This document shows, one piece after another, positions 55,497 to 64,000 of a stretch of 64,000 nucleotides of DNA. Each line of letters begins with the position of its first letter. The first letter of the stretch is position 1. The position numbers and the translations under genes are program-made. The notes under the pieces are model-generated. The model was not told the DNA's origin. It saw only the letters and a list, made by a program, of their open reading frames with translations, and searched no databases. Source of the DNA: Octopus vulgaris. Its lineage: Eukaryota. The stretch spans positions 12,214,001 through 12,278,000 of the forward strand of contig OX597818.1 of the NCBI GenBank assembly GCA_951406725.2. Direction: 5' to 3'.

Positions 55497-55735
55497 TATA
55501 TATATATATATGCATGTGTCTGTTGTTTGTGTCTGTGTTTGTCGCCCCACCATTGCTTGACAACCGATGTTGGTGTGTTTACGTCCCCGTTACTAGCGGT
55601 TCAGCAAAAGATACCGATATAATATGTACTAGGCTTATAAATAATAAGTCCTGGGGTCGATTTAAACGACTAAAGGTGGTACTCCGGCATGGCCGCAGTC
55701 AAATGACTGAAACAAGTAAAAGAAAGGTAAAACGA
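54624..55735 (+). mobile_element. SINE family C split by a MITE
   Basis: Head at 54624-54785, tail at 55520-55735 ending GCATGGCCGCAGTCAAATGACTGAAACAAGTAAAAG. Confidence 0.85.
54837..55450. mobile_element. Tc1-type MITE with about 230-bp IR/DR TIRs
   Basis: TA|CAGTGGCGGCCAAAATGTTCAGAACGGC ... GCCGTTCTGAACATTTTGGCCGCCACTG|TA; inner repeat TGGCGGCCAAAAGGATCAGAACGG. Confidence 0.93.
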
Positions 55736-55756
55736 AAAAGAAAAAAAAAATATATA

Positions 55757-56480
55757 TAGTCTTGGCCAAATGTATATATAGTCTTGGCCAAATGTATTAG
55801 GCCACCCAAATATATTGAGGTTCTGCTATCTCAATGTTAATGAAACTCGTGGTAGATTATGGTATATTTCACAATATATATTAGTTTTAATATCTGGTTG
55901 ACCCTCCTTTAGCATTAATTGCCGCTTTTATACCAAAACTCCCCCATAGGTGTTCGATCGGATTTAGATTGGACTTTGATAACATAGAAATATAGGTAGC
56001 TGAATTCACCCTTCCCTGACATAAAAACATTTCTTAGGGTAGATATGCAAGCCTACACCAGAACCACCCCCGTGTTTTACGGTTGGCACCAGAAATTCAG
56101 CCTTAAATGCTTTCCCAACTCTGCGACGCACCAAAGTTGCACCAGATGTTCCGAAAACCTGAGTGTAAAATAATATTAGCTTTACATGAAAAACTTTAAA
56201 AATACTATTAGCTTTATAGTGGATACTTTTCTATATATTGTGGGTAACAGACCAGTTACATTAAGTTTATATGTTGATTGAATACGTGTACTATCTTTTC
56301 TCATAGTTACTTTCATCAAACCACATGATTTTCGACCATTGCTCACTGGTTCAATTTGAGTGGTTTTTGTCCCACTAAAGACGTTTTTCCATATTCGCTT
56401 CAGAAACCTATGGCTTCTTCATGGCTTTACAGCCTGTCAGACCGTACTCTACAAGCCTTCTTCTAAACTACCTGCATCAA
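55757..56480 (-). mobile_element. Internally deleted Tc1 remnant
   Basis: TIR-like AGTCTTGGCCAAATGTATTAGGCCACC (start duplicated); SPNLNPIEHLWG near 55945-55977. Confidence 0.65.
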
Positions 56481-56580
56481 CTTGCTATAAAAGCAGGTAG
56501 TAATTTTTCCCTGTACTTATTCTTAGTGAAAGTTTTTAAGAGTACAAATCCATTTTAACAGTTATTTTTTCAAAGCTATA

Positions 56581-57510
56581 ATGGAAGTGACAATGGACCA
56601 TATTCGGCATATTTTGCTTTATGAGTTCAACAAAGGCAAGAACGCAATGGAAGTGCGAGGGATATTAATGGAGCATATGGGAATCAGACAATAAGCATAA
56701 GCTAGTGTCAATGGTAGTTCCAGAAATTCCGAGCCGGAAACTACAGTCTAGAGAACGAGCCTCGTCCTGGAAGATCTGCATTTCCTCAACATCGTAACTG
56801 TTGAGGAACTAGCACAGAAGCTAGGACTTGATCATTCAACCATTCATCGACACTTGTGTGCCATCGGAAAAGTTAGCAAATTGGGTCAATGGATTATTCA
56901 GAAGCTTCCTCAGTCTAATCGCGGGTAGAGAGTGAATGTGTACGTCTCACGAATGAATCTTTTTTGGACCGAATAGTGACTGGTGACGAGAAATGGGTTT
57001 TCTGTAAAAATGTCAAGCGCCAATACTGGGTAGGGAAAGGAAAAACACCGGCACCCCAGGCTAATTAAAGTTTTCACCCACGTAAGGTGTTGTAATCTGT
57101 TTGGTGGGATATGAAACGATAACAAAGGAGATCTACTGCGAGCAGCTTGAGCGGCTTAAGTGAACGCTAGAAGAAAAACGACCATCTTTGGCTTCAAGGT
57201 GTTCTTCCATCAGGATAATGCTCGGCCGTATGCAGCGAGGATGACATTCCAAAGGCTGGAGCAGTTAGAATAGGAAACATGGCCCACCCACCATATTCGC
57301 CGGACATTGCCCCATCTGATTTTCATTTATTCCGCAGTCTTCAAAATCATTTCAACGGAAAACATATGAATTCATAGACGAGGTCAGAAGCGTACAGGAG
57401 AAGTACTTTTCCTCACGGACAAGTGAATTTTGGAAGAAGGGCCTTGCAAGTCTACCAGACAGATGGAAGAGCATTGTAGAAAATGAAGGAGAGTATATTT
57501 TAGATGAAAA
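56581..57510 (+). pseudogene. mariner transposase pseudogene
   Basis: HIRHILLYEFNKG, FLDRIVTGDEKW, HQDNARP, HPPYSPDIAPSDFHLF, LPDRWKSIVENEGEYI. Confidence 0.92.
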
Positions 57511-57522
57511 AAAGAACTTTAT

Positions 57523-57574
<52 letters not shown>

Positions 57575-58088
57575 TACATATACACACACACACATATACA
57601 GTAATCACTCGCTTTATCGCGGTAGACCTATCGCGGTTTATTATTTAAGCTTACGTCGATTCCTCCGTGGTGTTGTTTTGCATTTATAATAAAATAAATA
57701 TATACAATTTATAAAAATAATAACAAAAAATATACAGTACAGTACTGTTTCTTCGCGGATTTTCACTTAGAGCGGGGTTTTGGAACGTAACACCCACGAT
57801 AGTCGCGAGCTTATTGTTTATATATATATATATATATATAAACAATAAGCTCGCGACTATCGTGGGTGTTACGTTCCAAAAACCCCCGCTCTAAGTGAAA
57901 ATCCGCGAAGAAACAGTACTGTACTGTATATTTTTTGTTATTATTTTTATAAATTGTATATATTTATTTTATTATAAATGCAAAACAACACCACGGAGGA
58001 ATCGACGTAAGCTTAAATAATAAACCGCGATAGGTCTACCGCGATAAAGCGAGTGATTACTGTATATGTGTGTGTGTGTGTATATGTA

Positions 58089-58168
<80 letters not shown>

Positions 58169-58336
58169 ATAAAGTTCTTTTTTTCATCTAAAATATACTC
58201 TCCTTCATTTTCTACAATGCTCTTCCATCTGTCTGGTAGACTTGCAAGGCCCTTCTTCCAAAATTCACTTGTCCGTGAGGAAAAGTACTTCTCCTGTACG
58301 CTTCTGACCTCGTCTATGAATTCATATGTTTTCCGT
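57355..58336. repeat. Near-perfect palindrome of about 980 bp centred on (TA)n at 57819-57840
   Basis: By eye, the arms differ only in TA-tract length and one homopolymer base. Confidence 0.95.
57599..57817. mobile_element. pogo/Tigger-like MITE (mirror copy at about 57843-58062)
   Basis: TA|CAGTAATCACTCGCTTTATCGCGG ... CACGATAGTCGCGAGCTTATTG. Confidence 0.6.
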
Positions 58337-58493
58337 GGTGCTATTAAGTTAGACATGGCCTGGGCCAATAATGGCCGAAACCTATCAAAGTATCAAAGTA
58401 TATATATATATATATATCTATATATATACCGGAATAAGAAAATAAATGTGAAACAAGGGGAAAAAAGAGTACTCAAATACCAGAGGTAGAGTA

Positions 58494-58651
58494 ATATGCT
58501 TTATTTAAAGGCAGTAGAAATATAACAAAAGCTGTCACTCAGAGTTTCACGTTCCCGTTCGTCGGATAGTTTTCTTAACACCGTTGGACGAACGGGAACG
58601 TGAAACTCTGAGGAACAACTTTTGTTATATTTCTGCTGGTTTTAAATAAAG

Positions 58652-58656
<5 letters not shown>
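58494..58656. repeat. Small fold-back with a hammerhead-like motif in each arm
   Basis: Arms 58494-58563 and 58587-58656; the minus arm reads CCGACGA ACG-GGAA-CGU GAAAC UCUGA GUG. Confidence 0.75.
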
Positions 58657-58692
<36 letters not shown>

Positions 58693-59073
58693 TCACGTTT
58701 TCCTTTATCTCGAGACATAATAAAAACAAATTAACAATAAACCGAAGACATACCCAATGCATTTTGTAGAGTACATATTTAGTATTCTTTATAATAAGAA
58801 GGACGACAATGACTTCGAAGTTTTTATAAAATAAAATTATAATTTTCCCGATAATTAGTTTCCTATTTAGAGTATAAATTTATTATAAATATAACTACAC
58901 AATTTCGATCAATTTGAATGTCGATCGAGGTAAGGCGTCTTATTGTTAGCTGTCTATGTGTTTGGACACTAGATTCGAATTAAGAAAATTTATTTCAAAA
59001 CTCAAAATAATTCTCTTGTTATTGTTGTAAATTGAAGTTATCTAAATTTACTTTACAGTTTTGGCAACCGTAA

Positions 59074-59440
59074 GTGCAGGTGTGGCTGTGTGGAAAGAAG
59101 ACTGATTTCCAACTACATGGTTCCAGGTTTCGTCCCACCGTGTGACACCTTGTGCAAGTGTCTTCTATTACAGCGTCGGGCTGACCAAAGCCTTATGAGT
59201 GAATTGAATTTGATAGATGGAAACTGGAGGACGCCCTATACATATGTGTGTGTGTCTGCGGACGCGCGAGCTTGTGTGTTTGTCCCTCACCAGCGCTTCA
59301 CAAACGGTACTGCTGTGCTTACTTTCCACTAAGCTAGCGGTTCGGCAAAAGAGGTCGATAAAATAAGTACCAGGCTTAAAATTCTTCAAGGCGGCGTCCC
59401 AGCATGGCCGAAATCTAATAACTGAAACAAGTAAAAGATG
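59074..59440 (+). mobile_element. SINE family C
   Basis: GCAGGTGTGGCTGTGTGG head, CACCTTGTGCAAGTGTCTTCT, and GGCGGCGTCCCAGCATGGCCG tail. Confidence 0.85.
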
Positions 59441-60120
59441 AAAGTTAAAATATATCAGAATGGTACCAATATTGGACTTATTGGTTGAGAATCCTAGCAA
59501 GGGCTATATGTTAATATATGTACTACATATTTTTCTATGTAAATTATGGAAACTGCATTCCAAAGAATTTCCATTGCACAAGTATATGACAGCACTTCAT
59601 AGTCAGTAGGTCCTCTCAGCAGTACTTGAAAACTTTGTCAACGTACATGAATCATATTTAGAACAAGTCGAACTGGTGAAGGTGTTCTGTCTGCAAGCTA
59701 TACTCATCGGTGAGCGCAAATTCGAAACATGTGTAACGGCATGTATTACGTTAATTGTACACGTCTGCCTCTTGTATGACCATACTCATGTGAGCAGCGT
59801 TGCAGCTGTGGCCATGATGCTAGGTTTCGTAGTATATTATTTGTAAATTTAAATTTTCTGTATTACTTTACATTTTCGAGATGACAGCCATTGGAATGAA
59901 AGCGACATCGCTGCTCATTCTAGATCAACGACTGAATATAGGATAGTAAGCTGATGCTAGATTTCTCTGTTGTATCTGTCGAGAAGTATCTAGCCATTAC
60001 AAACAGTATATAGATTGAACCAGCGTATATTAAGTGATTCGCTTATGAAAATACTGCATGCATCGTTGACTGCATAAAAATTATCAAATATTTGGTTCAA
60101 AGCAAACATGTTGCTTTGCA

Positions 60121-60543
60121 ATCCTTCCTTCCTCCCTCCCTTCCTTCCTTCCTTCCTTCTTTCTTTCTTTCTTTCTTCCTTCCTACCTTCCTTCCTTCCT
60201 TCCTTCCGTCCTTCCTTCTTTCTTTCTTTCTTCCTTCCTTCTTACCTTCCTTCCTTCCTTCCTTCCTTCCTTCCTTCCTTCCTTCCTTCCTTCCTTCCTT
60301 TCCTTCCTTCCTACCTTCCTACCTTCCTTCCTTCCTTCCTTCCTTCCTTCCTTCCTTCCTTCCTTTCCTTCCTTCCTTTTTCCTTCCTTCCTTCCTTCCT
60401 TCCTTCCTTCCTTCCTTCCTTCCTTCCTTCCTTCCTTCCTTCCTTCCTTCCTTCCTTCCTTCCTTCCTTCCTTCCATACTCCCTCCCCCTTCCTCCTCCA
60501 TGCCTCCCTCCCTTCGTTCCTTCGTTCGTTCCTTCGTTCGTTC

Positions 60544-60588
<45 letters not shown>

Positions 60589-60603
60589 TTCCTTCCTTCC
60601 TTC

Positions 60604-60638
<35 letters not shown>

Positions 60639-60654
60639 TCCTTCTTTCTTTCCT

Positions 60655-60690
<36 letters not shown>

Positions 60691-60692
60691 TC
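60121..60692. repeat. (CCTT)n/(CTTT)n polypyrimidine tract of about 570 bp
   Basis: Directly visible. Confidence 0.97.
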
Positions 60693-60842
60693 ATTTTCTG
60701 TCTTTACTCATGGATATATGCATACATCTGACAAGTACCAACTTAGACGTATACATATAGACTCAAATACGCAGATATATTCACACATATACATAGGCCA
60801 TACAAATACATACACACACGTATTTATGTAGGAGTGTGTGTT

Positions 60843-60876
<34 letters not shown>

Positions 60877-60957
60877 AAACACATACATTTACACATACAC
60901 ACGCACACACAGTTGTGCATGAATATACACACGTATATGTGCATATGAGTATATTTA

Positions 60958-60998
<41 letters not shown>

Positions 60999-61553
60999 CT
61001 CTCTCTCTCTCTCTCTGTCTCTCTGTCTCTCTCTCTCTCTATCTCTATATATATATATATGTATATACCTATCTATCAATATAGGAGAGAAAGAGAAAGA
61101 GAGTAAATGGAAAGGAAGGGAAGAGATCAACACGCAAAATAGTAGACTTAAAGCGAATATAATGCCTTGAAAGTTGTGGCTGAAATCAAAACACCCCTTT
61201 CAATATCAAAATCTTAGGAATGATTTTATTTGTTCTGAGATTAAAGTCAATAAACTTGTAATAGAAATAGTTTAATCCCAGTGTGATTAATAATATTTCA
61301 CAATTTGTTCAAATAGAACATCAGAGTGAAACTAAAGCATTGATATATATCGACCAGTAACAGTAACACGTAAACATTGTAACTTTATCTGAATTTTCAT
61401 TGCTGTCATGTTTTGACTGCGCTAAGAGAGTATGAATCTCTTTAAAATTTCTTTGTAATTTAAATAAGCGTCATACTGGGGAAAGTATGAAGTTGAATGC
61501 CACTTTAACACCCCCACCCACCCAAAAACCCAAACACACACACAAATATATAC

Positions 61554-61603
<50 letters not shown>

Positions 61604-62049
61604 GTATCTTTCTATCTATTTATATTTCGTGTTAAGCTTAGAAACGATGCACGTTATCGGAATTTCTGACGCAAGTCGAATAGAACGAACCACTCTAAAT
61701 CCTTATCATAGCATCCGAGTGGATGGATATACGACTGACTAGCTTGTACTGCATAGAGTCGTATAATATATTGATGACATTTTGAAAGCATTTAATATGT
61801 ATGTTTCAGAGAATTTTCATCATTTTAGTAGGATCTTCTTCAGTTGATATATCAAAATATGCTAGCGTTTCTTCCTATTTTGAAATATCAAAATATATTC
61901 AATTTATTCTTAATTTGTTAAGTCTTAGTTGAGGAAGATCTTTTCGTAAGAGATAACATTTCCTTTTTATCGATTGCGCAATTATCTGAAACATACCTAT
62001 TAAATGCATTCAAAATATCATTACTTAGTTTGACTTCATCACCCCCCCC

Positions 62050-62085
<36 letters not shown>

Positions 62086-62319
62086 ATAATAAAGGGTGAT
62101 AATTGTATTTCTTCCCAGTAAAAAACTGTACCATCTTATTTTGGCAACACGCTGGCGGAAGGGGGAAGGTGACGTACTTTCATTCACTCTTTGAATTTGG
62201 CTGTACTGGCAAGAATTACGCTCGCTCTGATACCATGAGTTGAGGTGATGTTTCTAGTGCCTTCAAATTTAATACACAATTATTAATAATTCAGACGCAA
62301 TTATTTATAATTGAAGAGT

Positions 62320-62410
62320 CCTACGCTGAGGAGGAAAATAGTCAGGTAAGACATAATTATTTAATTTTTATGCTCTGCAATGACTTAATTCCGAAACATG
62401 CGTCCGTAGG
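62320..62410 (+). ncRNA. Type I hammerhead ribozyme motif (best formed in the window)
   Basis: CCUACG CUGAGGA GGAA..AGUCA...UGACU..UUCC GAAAC AUGC GUC CGUAGG. Confidence 0.85.
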
Positions 62411-62579
62411 TAACTTAATATAGAATGATTTTCGTCATTTCTTTCTCTTTTGCCTGCGTCGTTTGTTTTTTAAGTGCTTTGGTTTTAAGTAGAAAGAATA
62501 GCCAAAACTTTTTGACTGCTATTTCTAAATTCGGTGTGTGGTGAGGCAAATCGTTGCTGAACCCTTAATTACTTAGTAT

Positions 62580-62634
<55 letters not shown>

Positions 62635-62922
62635 CCTACGTAAATACATACACATATATATAAACACACACAGACATATACATATATAATAATAATAATA
62701 ATAATTGATGAAAGAAACGGATCAGAGATTTAGCACTAGTCTTTATCCAGTACGACGATCGTTTCGACCCATCCTGCAAGTGTCCATCATAGGTAGTATT
62801 TTGTGCATCTAATAATGTTGCATCAATCTGTGCAGTTTGTGTAACATCACGTACAAGAATAAAGAAGGGGATGTCCCGCTAGATATACTGAGATATCCTA
62901 GGCCTGTTGTTCGTGCTTGCTG

Positions 62923-62956
<34 letters not shown>

Positions 62957-62958
62957 CA

Positions 62959-62992
<34 letters not shown>

Positions 62993-63154
62993 CATACATA
63001 CATACATACATACATACATACATACATACATACATACATACATACATACATGAATATAGTTACTCCAAACATGAACAAAAAGAAAACACAACGCGGGGAC
63101 GTGGAACAAGTATAGTGTTATTGGACGCTCAGGAAAGGAAAGAAAGACGGAGGA

Positions 63155-63187
63155 CTTAACGTTTCGTGCGGAGCTCTTCGTCAGAAA
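63155..63187 (-). ncRNA. Minimal hammerhead motif
   Basis: UUU CUGACGA A GAGC-UCC-GCAC GAAAC GUU AAG. Confidence 0.55.
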
Positions 63188-63265
63188 CATAGAAAAAGGA
63201 AAGTCCAAAGAAGGGAAGACGGAGAAAGAAAATCGCCAACGATATACACGCGGTCACATATTGAA

Positions 63266-63313
<48 letters not shown>

Positions 63314-64000
63314 CTTTTTAGTTGCTCGGTCCTCTCAAAGAAACTGGATGTTTCTTGCCATGCGTACTTCGGTCATATCTTTTGATTGGACGATCTGCCC
63401 TTCACTGGTGCGAATAGTAATTCTATCATGAAGAATGTGAGGGTTCAATATCTTAAGTTGTCAACAATAAGCTCTAAGTTTTGGAAATACCAAATACTGG
63501 TATTCTTGCCGGAATACCAGAATTACACAACTATTCCATCGCCTTCTTATTATATAACCAATCTATAAGTTTAAACAGAGTGGAATAGTATATTTATTCA
63601 AAGATAAGTCTGTAGGAGTCAATACTCTGGTGTGCCTCTAGTTCCCGATCTGCAGTCGACTAATCTTGTATAGTTTGAACCTTCTACGGACCGTCATGTG
63701 GGAAAGCCTGAGTGAGTAGACAGAAGCACAGAAATCGAGCATGAAAAAGAATAAAACTAACCAAGGGGAAAGCAAGAAGGTCGAGTAAACGGTAGCGAAA
63801 GAAAAGGGAAAGAAACTGATGTGGTAGAAGGTGTCGACATTATCGTTTTCCTTCTATGCTAAGTTTTGCTCCACTTTCATTTTCAGTTTCTGCTTGTTTA
63901 TCTTTGTCATGTTTTCCTCTACTTGGTTATGTATATCCGATAGGACACATGTAGGTTATTTGAAGTGGCAGCTGAGCGAAATCACTCAATCAAACTGTCT

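Overview
AT-rich eukaryotic DNA, almost entirely intronic or intergenic and dense in microsatellites. The repeat content (tRNA-headed SINEs, CR1-, R4/Dong- and RTE-type LINEs, Penelope-like elements, Tc1/mariner, Helitrons) suggests a mollusc, most likely an octopus; this is inference from repeat style only. Almost every ORF in the supplied track is a microsatellite artefact. The recognisable coding remnants all belong to transposons: a CR1-type RT (13721-15470), a DD41D transposase, mariner and Tc1 fragments, a Helitron PIF1 helicase, and several Penelope RT/GIY-YIG fragments. Two minus-strand host exons are possible near 22.6-24.0 kb. The main signal not explained by the ORFs is a set of about 16 type I hammerhead-ribozyme-like motifs, about 7 with an intact CUGANGA/GAAAC core. 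Many lie in fold-back (palindromic) elements next to (TA)n tracts. The three most notable are a tRNA-promoter plus hammerhead element (12.8-13.1 kb), a spacerless 730-bp palindrome with a ribozyme on each strand (29.3-30.1 kb), and an RT-less cassette of hammerhead, ATG, intron and GIY-YIG nuclease (32.95-33.7 kb). All coordinates and pairings were read by eye and may be off by a few bases.
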